Assembly: GCA_046304755.1 (NCBI GenBank)
Contig: JBKCDO010000253.1
Span: 15,359-79,358 of the forward strand
Origin: Flavobacteriales bacterium
Lineage (GTDB): Bacteria; Bacteroidota; Bacteroidia; Flavobacteriales_D; Sanyastnellaceae
Length of the DNA: 64,000 nt
Direction of reading: 5' to 3'
Positions 9,484 through 18,152 of this stretch are shown piece by piece; the stretch's first letter is position 1, and the number at the start of each line of letters is the position of its first letter. The position numbers and the translations under genes were made by a program. The notes under the pieces are model-generated. The model searched no databases, had not been told where the DNA came from, and saw only the letters and a program-made list of their open reading frames with translations.

Positions 9484-10455
9484 TCAGTGATGGGTTACGG
9501 CCTTGTGCGCTTTTTTTTTATCGACTTCGCGTAGCATGGTTGTGCTTAAAAGAGCTGTGTCATATTTGCTCTTCCAACCCCAATCGCGAGCGGCTGCTGA
9601 ATCATCGATGCTCGCAGGCCAGGAATCAGCGATGGCCTGACGGAAGTCGGGTTGGTAGCTAATACGAAACTCCGGCATTTCAGACTGAATATGCGTGGCT
9701 AATTCTTCAGGTGTAAAACTGCATCCTGCAATGTTATATCCTCCGCGCTCTTTGATGGATTCTGTCGGTGCCTCCATGATAGCGATGGTGGCTCGAATCG
9801 CATCTTCCATCATCATCATCGGTAAGCGCGTGTCAGCGCTTAAAAAACAGGTGTAAGCTCCATGCTCGATGGCTTTATGGAAAATATCTACTGCATAGTC
9901 TGTTGTTCCACCACCCGGCTCCGAACGATAACCAATCAACCCGGGGTAACGGATACTGCGCACATCAACGCCATAGCGCTCGTGGTAATAGGCGCACCAA
10001 CGCTCACCGGCTAATTTAGAAATGCCATACACTGTAGTGGGTTCCATTACCGTGTGCTGCGGAGTTTGTTCCTTTGGAGTGGTTGGTCCGAATACCGCAA
10101 TGGAACTTGGCCAAAATAGTTTGCTGATTTTTCCTTCGCGCGCTAAATCCAGCACATTGAACAATCCGTCCATGTTGAGCTTCCAGGCAAATTCCGGATT
10201 TTTTTCGGCGGTTGCCGAAAGCAAAGCAGCCAGCAAATACACCTCTTTCACATTGTATTTCGAAATACAGGCTTCGAGACCCGCCTTATCCAAGACATCC
10301 AATACTTCATAAGGTCCTTGTAAAAGCGCGGTTTCTGTCGTCGGACGAATATCGGCGGCGATAACCGCCTGCGGTCCTCGTTTTTCACGCAGCGCCATGG
10401 TGAGCTCGATGCCAATTTGACCGGAGGCACCGATAATGAGTGTGGTTGATTCCAT
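9484..10455 (-). CDS. NAD-dependent epimerase/dehydratase-family protein (L-threonine 3-dehydrogenase-like)
   Basis: ORF 9484..10488 (TTG). The first ATG at 10455 gives MESTTLIIGASGQIG, a Rossmann GxxGxxG motif. YxxxK-type string YGISKLAGE. Confidence 0.8.
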   Translation of the reverse strand: MESTTLIIGASGQIGIELTMALREKRGPQAVIAADIRPTTETALLQGPYEVLDVLDKAGLEACISKYNVKEVYLLAALLSATAEKNPEFAWKLNMDGLFNVLDLAREGKISKLFWPSSIAVFGPTTPKEQTPQHTVMEPTTVYGISKLAGERWCAYYHERYGVDVRSIRYPGLIGYRSEPGGGTTDYAVDIFHKAIEHGAYTCFLSADTRLPMMMMEDAIRATIAIMEAPTESIKERGGYNIAGCSFTPEELATHIQSEMPEFRISYQPDFRQAIADSWPASIDDSAAARDWGWKSKYDTALLSTTMLREVDKKKAHKAVTHH

Positions 10456-10593
10456 ATGCAGAACAGTTTCATTGACTGTCGAAAGCAAATGTAGGAAAGA
10501 GCAGCTTTACCCGATTCGTGCAACTCTGTTTTTCATTCTCGCGTCTTACTCATTATCATTGCGCCGCTTGAAATTCGCACCTGAGCCAATTGT

Positions 10594-11112
10594 ATGAATT
10601 CAAATCCACCGTCTGCTTCCCTCACGCACGAAGAATTTCGGCGCGTGTTTGATGAGTGGTATAAGCCGGTGCGAAATTTCATCTATTACCGATGCGGCGA
10701 CATGGAATTGGCGGAAGATCTTGTCCAGGATTCTTTCGTAAAACTGTGGGAAAACAGAGACCGATTGGAGCGCTCAACCATGAAAGCGTATCTCTACAAA
10801 ATCGCACAAAACAACACCATCAACTACCGCAAGCGTCAGCAATTGTTCTTTAAGTTTCAGCGAAAGGGCGCCAATGACCGCGATTTCGATACACCGGAGA
10901 AGCTCGCTGAAATGGCGGAGTATGAGCAAAAACTTCAAGCCGTCATCGCAATGTTGCCTGATGGTGGAAGAGAAGTCTTTCTCATGAATCGCCTGGAGGA
11001 TTTGACATATCAGGAAATTGCGGATCGCCTCGACCTCTCCGTGAAGGCCATCGAAAAGCGCATGAGTAAAGTGCTGAAGATTGTTCGTGAACAATTAGGT
11101 ACCGATATTTGA
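10594..11112 (+). CDS. ECF-type RNA polymerase sigma-70 factor
   Basis: 172-aa ORF. Region 2 (AEDLVQDSFVKLWE) and region 4 HTH (LTYQEIADRLDLSVKAIEKRMSKV). Confidence 0.9.
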   Translation: MNSNPPSASLTHEEFRRVFDEWYKPVRNFIYYRCGDMELAEDLVQDSFVKLWENRDRLERSTMKAYLYKIAQNNTINYRKRQQLFFKFQRKGANDRDFDTPEKLAEMAEYEQKLQAVIAMLPDGGREVFLMNRLEDLTYQEIADRLDLSVKAIEKRMSKVLKIVREQLGTDI

Positions 11113-11115
11113 GTT

Positions 11116-13773
11116 ATGCGTCTTCGCATTGCTTTAATAGCACTATTAACTTTATTACATCTGACGACATGGTCGCAGGCGGATATTTCGGTTACCGCAT
11201 CATATAAGAACACGACGCTGACCGAAGTGCTGAGCTCATGGAGTCGCGATTACAATATAGATTTTGCTTTCGATAGTTATGAGCTGAGCAAATACAATTG
11301 CACACTCGAGTTTCGCAATGAGCCTCTTGATGAAGCGTTGTCGACACTGTTGTTCAATGCTCCCTTCGCGTTTCAACGACTGGATGATACCTATGTTATT
11401 TACCCTGTGGCTAAGGCTGCACCTGTTATGTCCTCTATCCAAACGAATCGAAAAGTCATCTCCGGCACTGTCGTCGATGCGCTGTCCGGAGAAACGCTAC
11501 CGTTCGCGGTTGTGGCGTTGAATGTCGATGGGAATAGCACCACTTGTGATGAGTTCGGTAATTTTAGGTTGACCACAACAGAGAGCAATGCAGCAGAGAT
11601 ACTCTCGGCTGCCTATGTCGGATACGCAACAGCGCAATGGCCCTTGAGCATTATGAACGCGGAGAAACCGGTTCAACTTGCTCTTATTCCGCAGGCAACG
11701 ATGCTCGGTGATGTGAAAGTTGAGGAAAGAAGAAATCAGTTCGGTTCTTTCATACCTGAGTTGCCGGGTGTTTTCATCAAGCCCGATGACATCCAAACAC
11801 GCTATGGTTTGGGTGAAGCCGATTTGTTGCGCATTGCTCAGCAGCAGCCCGGCGTATCGGGGTCACTGGAAATGAGCAATGGTCTTGTATTGCGCGGAGG
11901 AGCCTCAGACCAGAGTCTTTTACTCATGGATGGATTCACGATCTATCATCAAGATCATTTCTTTGGAATGTTCTCTTCGGTCAATGCTTATGCGGTGAAA
12001 TCGATGCGCTTGCAAAAGGGCATTACGGATGTTGAATTAGGTGGACGCGCATCAGGCGCGCTCGAACTGTGGGGCAAAGAGGGCGACTTACGGAAGGCAT
12101 CGGGAAGAATCGAATGCGGCACCTTGAGTATTTCCGGTGCTGTTGAAGCGCCGCTCGATTCGAGCGGAAAGGCATCCGTGTTCATTTGTGGGAGAAGATC
12201 ACTGACAGGATTATTTCAATCCAATGTTTATCGGGAATTGTTCAACACGCTATATTCGGGTGCCGTTGCCTATGGTGGTAACACCAAACTTGATGCATTC
12301 AATTTGAATTTTCAACCCAATGTCCTGTTTCAGGATATCAATGCAAAACTGACTTATCACCCCGGATTGAAAACACGTATTCACCTCTCGCTGTACGCGT
12401 CGCGCGATGATATGGATTTTGCTTACGCTGACACTTCTTCCAGCCAGTTAATCGATGTAACCGATGTTCGATACAGTGATGAGACAAACAAAATGAATCG
12501 CGGTCTAGCGCTGCGATGGCAGCAACGATACAGTGATCGATTGCAGTCAAACACAACCATTGGTTTTTCATTGTTCGAGGGAAATTACTTTTCAACGGAT
12601 TCGATTACCAATAACTTATTTCTGCTGGATACAAACCAGTTCAGCGCGCGTGAAATCAGTTTGCGCGATTGGTCTGTAAAGCACCATTGGCTTTGGAGTT
12701 TGGATAAGCATGAATGGAAGGGAGGCCTTGCATTGAATAGCATTCTCACTTCAGATCGCTTACGGTCTTCCCTAACTGCAGCGGAAAAAGAACGTCGAAC
12801 TGCAAACGTTATCACACTGTTTGCCGGCGATACATGGCGCCCTAACAAATGGTGGAGCATGCAGTTTGGTGGCCGTCTGAATTATTTCCAAGAAGGCCGC
12901 AAGCTTTACACAGAGCCCCGCATTGTTCTAATAAGGCAAGCGTTTTCGAATCAACTGACCTTGCGATTGACTGCGACGCAATCGGTTCAATTTATTCAAC
13001 GCACCGGCAGTCAGAACCTGTATCAGAATACGCCGGACGTGTGGCAGCCGGCCCAAGATGAAATTCCGGTGTTGACATCGCGCCAATTGTCGTTGGGTGG
13101 TATTTGGACGGCAAACCAATTTACGCTGGATGTTGAAGGGTATCGCAAATGGAATAAGGGCCAAGTCACCAACGCACCATCCTTTGATTTGAATGCCGGT
13201 GCGGGCGGCGGATTAACAACCGTCATTGGTGATGCAGATATCGTCGGGGTTGACGTACAGTTGAACTTGAAGACGCAAAATCATTCACTGATCTTGGCCT
13301 ATGGGTGGATGCAGGCAAATGCACATTACACAGACATATCGCCGACAACAATTTCCGAGACCTATTATCGCAATCATGAAGTCAAAATGAATTATTCCTG
13401 GCGAAAAAGAGGATGGAGCATGTCATTGCTTCAGATCATATCGGATGGCGCTCCCTACACTGCGCTCGCAGGTTTCTATAGCTTCGATTTGCCTGGGGCA
13501 ACAGATCGTGTGCTTCCGGTTGCGGGAGGCCCCAATGCTTCGCGAACGCCTTGGTATGTTAGAACGGATATCGTCGCAGGATATGAATGGAATTGGGGTG
13601 CGCACCGCATGACACTTCACGGTGCTATCTACAATGTGCTGAATCGAACCAATAGTCGGGGCGTGCAGTACACCGTTGTTCCAAAAAATAATCCTGCGGG
13701 CTATACTGTTAATGAGCGCTCAATTCAGATGATTGGGCGAATGCCTTCTGTCCATTTAAGTTGGCAGTTTTAA
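11116..13773 (+). CDS. TonB-dependent receptor with N-terminal STN signalling domain and CarboxypepD_reg-like domain
   Basis: 885-aa ORF starting 3 nt after the sigma gene. Signal peptide. STN-like segment (TTLTEVLSSWSRDYNIDFAFDS...LDEALSTLL...YVIYP). ISGTVVDALSGETLPFAVVAL (CarboxypepD_reg). Plug strings (LVLRGGASDQSLLLMDGFTIY, KGITDVELGG). C-terminal ...HLSWQF. Confidence 0.8.
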   Translation: MRLRIALIALLTLLHLTTWSQADISVTASYKNTTLTEVLSSWSRDYNIDFAFDSYELSKYNCTLEFRNEPLDEALSTLLFNAPFAFQRLDDTYVIYPVAKAAPVMSSIQTNRKVISGTVVDALSGETLPFAVVALNVDGNSTTCDEFGNFRLTTTESNAAEILSAAYVGYATAQWPLSIMNAEKPVQLALIPQATMLGDVKVEERRNQFGSFIPELPGVFIKPDDIQTRYGLGEADLLRIAQQQPGVSGSLEMSNGLVLRGGASDQSLLLMDGFTIYHQDHFFGMFSSVNAYAVKSMRLQKGITDVELGGRASGALELWGKEGDLRKASGRIECGTLSISGAVEAPLDSSGKASVFICGRRSLTGLFQSNVYRELFNTLYSGAVAYGGNTKLDAFNLNFQPNVLFQDINAKLTYHPGLKTRIHLSLYASRDDMDFAYADTSSSQLIDVTDVRYSDETNKMNRGLALRWQQRYSDRLQSNTTIGFSLFEGNYFSTDSITNNLFLLDTNQFSAREISLRDWSVKHHWLWSLDKHEWKGGLALNSILTSDRLRSSLTAAEKERRTANVITLFAGDTWRPNKWWSMQFGGRLNYFQEGRKLYTEPRIVLIRQAFSNQLTLRLTATQSVQFIQRTGSQNLYQNTPDVWQPAQDEIPVLTSRQLSLGGIWTANQFTLDVEGYRKWNKGQVTNAPSFDLNAGAGGGLTTVIGDADIVGVDVQLNLKTQNHSLILAYGWMQANAHYTDISPTTISETYYRNHEVKMNYSWRKRGWSMSLLQIISDGAPYTALAGFYSFDLPGATDRVLPVAGGPNASRTPWYVRTDIVAGYEWNWGAHRMTLHGAIYNVLNRTNSRGVQYTVVPKNNPAGYTVNERSIQMIGRMPSVHLSWQF

Positions 13774-14498
13774 TGAGAAAGTTGATTTACATAACACTGC
13801 TATTTTCTTCTTGCACCGGTGCATGGGAGGAGGAATCTCCCACTAATCCCTGTGCGCTATATGCAGTGTTTGAGGCCGGCCAAACGCCAACTGCAGACAT
13901 CGTCTGTGCATACTCCGGTGCGACAGAGGTCAATCGGCTCGAGTGGTTGTGGACCGATGGCAGTAGTAGTCCGTTTGTAGAATTGGATAATCATTGGGAA
14001 CTTAGTAGCAATCGACTGCCCCAGCCGGGCGAATCAGCGGTACTGAGCTGGGAGAGCGCAGAAGGTACCACAGATGTCCCGTTGCAATTCCCGCCGCAAA
14101 TCGACTTGGAATCCCAGAGTGCGGACACCCTGCTATTGGCGTTGGATGAGTCTGTTGATATTCAATGGACCGACCTCGGAGAGGATTATGAGTATGTGCT
14201 CTCTCTTGAGTGCATTGAAGTTAAACCGGAGCCTATCAGTCAGCAGGCCGGCAATTTTAACACAGTTCATGCAGGACCTCAGCTGGGCAATTCCTTATCC
14301 CTTGAGGCGCAGAATTTTACATTCAGAGGAGCTCATCGCCTTGTGATTTATGCGTTAAATCGGGCATTCACCTCTGTTTATTTCGATGATCCAAGCGATA
14401 TTCGCGGCCTCCTAAAAATGCCGACAGGCAATCTAACGGGGGTGAACGGCTATGTGATGTGCGTTACAACCCTTGAAGTTCAGATAGTCGTCGAATAA
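13773..14498 (+). CDS. lipoprotein of unknown function partnered with the receptor (DUF4249-like by size and position)
   Basis: ORF 13761..14498. ATG at 13773 in a TAATG overlap with the receptor stop. Lipobox LLFSSC. No enzymatic motif recognised. Confidence 0.55.
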   Translation: MRKLIYITLLFSSCTGAWEEESPTNPCALYAVFEAGQTPTADIVCAYSGATEVNRLEWLWTDGSSSPFVELDNHWELSSNRLPQPGESAVLSWESAEGTTDVPLQFPPQIDLESQSADTLLLALDESVDIQWTDLGEDYEYVLSLECIEVKPEPISQQAGNFNTVHAGPQLGNSLSLEAQNFTFRGAHRLVIYALNRAFTSVYFDDPSDIRGLLKMPTGNLTGVNGYVMCVTTLEVQIVVE

Positions 14499-14560
14499 TT
14501 TTTTTGAAAAAGGTAGGGTGAAGGATTACTTAGTGGTATGAACTGCGGATTCGTCCGAAA

Positions 14561-15388
14561 ATGAACAAATACAACGACATATTAAACAATTGGGAAGCAC
14601 CTGAGGGCAAGTCAAATGAACAAGCCTGGTCGGAACTTCAAAACCGATTGAATCGTGCGCCAAAGGCGGAGGCCAAGGTGATTCGCTTCAGTTGGAAACC
14701 AATGGTGTCGGTAGCCGCAGCTGCGGCGGTCATTGTTGGTCTCATTCTATTCTGGCCCAATCAGACCTTACAACAAGTGGCCACAACTGTTGGTCAGCAT
14801 CAAACTGTCACACTTCCCGATGCCTCATCAGTCGAATTAAATGCCGCCTCAACGATTGAGTATGCCGCCTCCTGGTCTGATGAGCGTGAAGTAAAACTTT
14901 CAGGACAAGCTTTTTTTGAAGTCGTCAAGGGCGGAAAATTTGAAGTGGTCACACCACAAGGAGTTGTGGAGGTTTTGGGTACCTCGTTCGATGTATTCGC
15001 CCGTGATAATGCATTTGAAGTTTCTTGCAGAACCGGTAAGGTGCGCGTCGCCGCCAATGGTGGTGAGGTGGACATCGTTCCCGGTTTACGCGCCACACTT
15101 GTCAACGGCAAACTGGAAGTGAGTGAATTCGATTTGGCGCTGGCCGATTGGCGTTCAGGAGAATTCCACTATCAAGATACTCCACTGAACAAGGTGTTTG
15201 AGGAAATCGAGCGTCAATTCAATGTGAAGGTTCAATTGCCCGATGTGAGCAAGAGGTACTACACAGGAAGGTTTAACACCAAAGATTTGAATGAGGCTCT
15301 GCAGCTGATTTGTCTTCCGATGGGATTGCAATTTGAAGTGAAGGATACAACCGTATTGATTAGCGAAAAGACAAGCAACGAACGTTAA
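14561..15388 (+). CDS. FecR-family transmembrane anti-sigma factor
   Basis: 275-aa ORF. Short N-terminal cytoplasmic part, one TM helix (VSVAAAAAVIVGLILFW), a FecR-like periplasmic beta domain (LPDASSVELNAAS...GQAFFEV) and a C-terminal STN-like/DUF4974-type segment (TPLNKVFEEIERQFNVKV...LNEALQLI). Confidence 0.85.
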   Translation: MNKYNDILNNWEAPEGKSNEQAWSELQNRLNRAPKAEAKVIRFSWKPMVSVAAAAAVIVGLILFWPNQTLQQVATTVGQHQTVTLPDASSVELNAASTIEYAASWSDEREVKLSGQAFFEVVKGGKFEVVTPQGVVEVLGTSFDVFARDNAFEVSCRTGKVRVAANGGEVDIVPGLRATLVNGKLEVSEFDLALADWRSGEFHYQDTPLNKVFEEIERQFNVKVQLPDVSKRYYTGRFNTKDLNEALQLICLPMGLQFEVKDTTVLISEKTSNER

Positions 15389-15540
15389 AATTGTTCGACT
15401 GCACAACTTTTCGAAGTCAAAACAGTTTTTGGATACTTAGTGGCGAAACATGATTTCGCACATCAACAAGTAAGTAACACACGGCTGAAGCATTCCGATG
15501 CTTCAATTAGTATAGTTAGTTTTAGTTAAGGTTTAGAATT

Positions 15541-15571
15541 ATGGCCGAAAACGTTCGGCCATAGTTTTTTT
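15541..15571 (+). terminator. rho-independent terminator
   Basis: ATGGCCGAA-aacg-TTCGGCCAT (perfect 9-bp stem) followed by AGTTTTTTT. Confidence 0.85.
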
Positions 15572-15598
15572 AACCCAATCCATGTTTTCTTTTGCGCC

Positions 15599-16819
15599 AT
15601 GAATCCCAAGGAAATCACCATCGACGATTTCGATTACCCACTACAGGATGATAAAATTGCCAAGTACCCACTGGCTGTTCGCCATGAATCGAAATTGCTG
15701 GTCAGTGATTCAAACAGTATTGTCGACGCGCATTTTTTGAATTTGCCGCAATACCTCAGCCCCGATGATTTGATCATCATCAATAATACCCGTGTCATTC
15801 CTGCACGTTTGCACCTGTTCAAAGAGACCGGAGGTATGGTCGAAATCTTTTGTTTAGATCCCGTCAACCAAGCCCATCAAGACGCCATGTCAGCACGTTC
15901 AGGTGTACGCTGGAAATGCCTGGTAGGCGGTGCAAAAAAATGGAAGGATGGCCAATCGTTGTCTTTACAAATAGAGATTGATGGTGCTGATTTGCTTTTA
16001 CAAGCCTATAATCACGGCCGCACCAATGATGCATTCATCATCGAGTTCTCGTGGAACGATAGTCGTTTCGTGTTCTCACAAATCCTGGACGCAGCGGGCC
16101 GTATTCCCCTTCCTCCGTATTTCAATCGCGAAGCGGAACTGTCGGATATCGAACGCTACCAAACGATTTTCGCGAAGTATAAAGGTTCAGTCGCTGCGCC
16201 TACGGCTTCCTTGCATTTCACCGATGAAGTATTCGACGCGTTGCATCATAAGGGTGTGCAATTGGAGGAGATTACCCTGCACGTGGGGGCAGGCACGTTT
16301 AAACCGGTGAGCGATGGCGCTTTGGGAAATCACGAAATGCACGACGAATGGTTCAGCGTACCGCTTCATGTCATCAAACGACTGCGCAATAAAGACTATG
16401 GTCGTTTGATTGCAGCCGGCACTACCGCTATGCGGACGCTGGAATCCCTCTATCCAATTGGTGTGAAATTGTTGAACCGGGCAAAGAGTGACGCTTACGA
16501 CACACTCATGCTTGGACAATGGGAAGTCTATGATATGCCTTCGTCAATCAGTCGGGAGGAAGCCTTTGATGCCATCATTCATCACATGGAGGAACATCAA
16601 CTCGAAAACCTCTGTGCGACATCAGCCTTGTTGATTGCACCCGGGTTCGCATTTCAATGTTGTCATGGTATCATCACGAATTTCCATCAGCCCAAGAGCA
16701 CCCTGCTGGTGTTGGTCACAGCTTTTGTCGGAGAGCGCAGAAAACAGATTTACGACCACGCCTTGAAAAGCGATTACCGCTTCTTGAGCTACGGTGACAG
16801 CTCACTGCTTTGGCGATGA
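15599..16819 (+). CDS. divergent, expanded QueA-family protein (S-adenosylmethionine:tRNA ribosyltransferase-isomerase paralogue)
   Basis: 406-aa ORF with QueA motifs [77 protein letters not shown]. It carries insertions relative to the canonical copy at 22964..24019. Confidence 0.8.
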   Translation: MNPKEITIDDFDYPLQDDKIAKYPLAVRHESKLLVSDSNSIVDAHFLNLPQYLSPDDLIIINNTRVIPARLHLFKETGGMVEIFCLDPVNQAHQDAMSARSGVRWKCLVGGAKKWKDGQSLSLQIEIDGADLLLQAYNHGRTNDAFIIEFSWNDSRFVFSQILDAAGRIPLPPYFNREAELSDIERYQTIFAKYKGSVAAPTASLHFTDEVFDALHHKGVQLEEITLHVGAGTFKPVSDGALGNHEMHDEWFSVPLHVIKRLRNKDYGRLIAAGTTAMRTLESLYPIGVKLLNRAKSDAYDTLMLGQWEVYDMPSSISREEAFDAIIHHMEEHQLENLCATSALLIAPGFAFQCCHGIITNFHQPKSTLLVLVTAFVGERRKQIYDHALKSDYRFLSYGDSSLLWR

Positions 16820-16820
16820 T

Positions 16821-18065
16821 CTAAACAGAACGCATTGCTTCCACAGGATTCAAGCGAGAGGCTTTTATCGCAGGGATCACGCCGGCCACAACACCGACCG
16901 TAACGGAAATGACAATTCCACCAATAATGCGTGATAGCGGAAGAATAAAATTGAAGTCAATCACTGCACTTAATCCTAATACCACTAGCCAAACCATCAG
17001 CAGACCAACAGCTCCGCCAATGATGCACAAGGAGATGGACTCAAACAGGTATTGAATGAGGATGAAGTAATTTTTCGCCCCCAGCGATTTTTGAATACCG
17101 ATAAGGGGTGTTCGCTCGGCTACCGATACGAACATAATGTTGGCAATGCTGAACGCTCCAACCAGAATAGCGAAGATGCCTATCACCATCCCCACAATGT
17201 TGAAGACAGAAATGATGCTGTCCACAATCTCATTAATCATGGAGGATTCAATCACGGAGAAATCTTTATCCCCACCTGGCTTGATGCGGCGAACCTCGCG
17301 AAAAGCACCAATGACTTCGTCACGCAGTTGGTTGTTGGTGATGCCTTGTTTGGCTTTGATTAGAATCTTGGTGTCTTCACTTTGCGGCGGAATTAATCGT
17401 GTGGCAAATTGAAAGGGCATCATCACCGCACGGTCGAAGCCATCACCGAAGAGCGATGTCCCTTCTTTGGCAAAAACGCCAATCACCACCACCTTCAATC
17501 CTGCAATTTTCATCTCCTTTCCCAGCGGAGAATCCATCCCGAAAAGCTGCTGCTTCACGAGCTGACCGATAATGGCGAAGTTCTTCCCCGCTTCACATTC
17601 AGCAGGGGTGAAGTAGCGACCTTCGACAATGTCCAGCGCAATGGTTGATCGGTAGTTGTACGTCACGGCCACAATGCCGGCATCGGCTAAGCTGTTGTTC
17701 TGGTACCCCGCTGTTCCACTGGAACCCGCTTCAAACGCTAGCGCGTCAGCATAGGACAAGCGCTCTTCCAGGTTGGTCATGTCGCGCAGCGCCGGCGGAC
17801 GACGTCGCATGTACTTCCACCATTCGTAGTCTTCAGCGCCATCCTCCGGACCGAATGGCCATTTTTGGATGAACAATACATCTGATCCAATGGTGTCGAA
17901 ACTCGATTTCATCTCGGCTTCCATACTGTCCACCACGCTTAACACGAAAATGATAGAGAAGATGCCAATGGTAACCCCCAAGAGCGAAAGCACCGTGCGC
18001 AACCGATTAGTGTTGAGCGCATGCAAGGCAAACAGAAAACTCTCTCGCAGAATATTGAGGATCAT
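16821..18065 (-). CDS. ABC transporter permease, FtsX/MacB-like
   Basis: 414-aa ORF. N-terminal TM helix (LRTVLSLLGVTIGIFSIIFVL), a large periplasmic MacB_PCD-like domain, and three C-terminal TM helices with the FtsX-type string ERTPLIGIQKSLGA. Confidence 0.85.
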   Translation of the reverse strand: MILNILRESFLFALHALNTNRLRTVLSLLGVTIGIFSIIFVLSVVDSMEAEMKSSFDTIGSDVLFIQKWPFGPEDGAEDYEWWKYMRRRPPALRDMTNLEERLSYADALAFEAGSSGTAGYQNNSLADAGIVAVTYNYRSTIALDIVEGRYFTPAECEAGKNFAIIGQLVKQQLFGMDSPLGKEMKIAGLKVVVIGVFAKEGTSLFGDGFDRAVMMPFQFATRLIPPQSEDTKILIKAKQGITNNQLRDEVIGAFREVRRIKPGGDKDFSVIESSMINEIVDSIISVFNIVGMVIGIFAILVGAFSIANIMFVSVAERTPLIGIQKSLGAKNYFILIQYLFESISLCIIGGAVGLLMVWLVVLGLSAVIDFNFILPLSRIIGGIVISVTVGVVAGVIPAIKASRLNPVEAMRSV

Positions 18066-18152
18066 GCAGCGAAGCTAAGCATGGAATGGCAATGAAATTA
18101 ATTCAAACTTCCCGCGTTAGCCTGATCTTGACCACTTGTTTCTTGCCGATTT

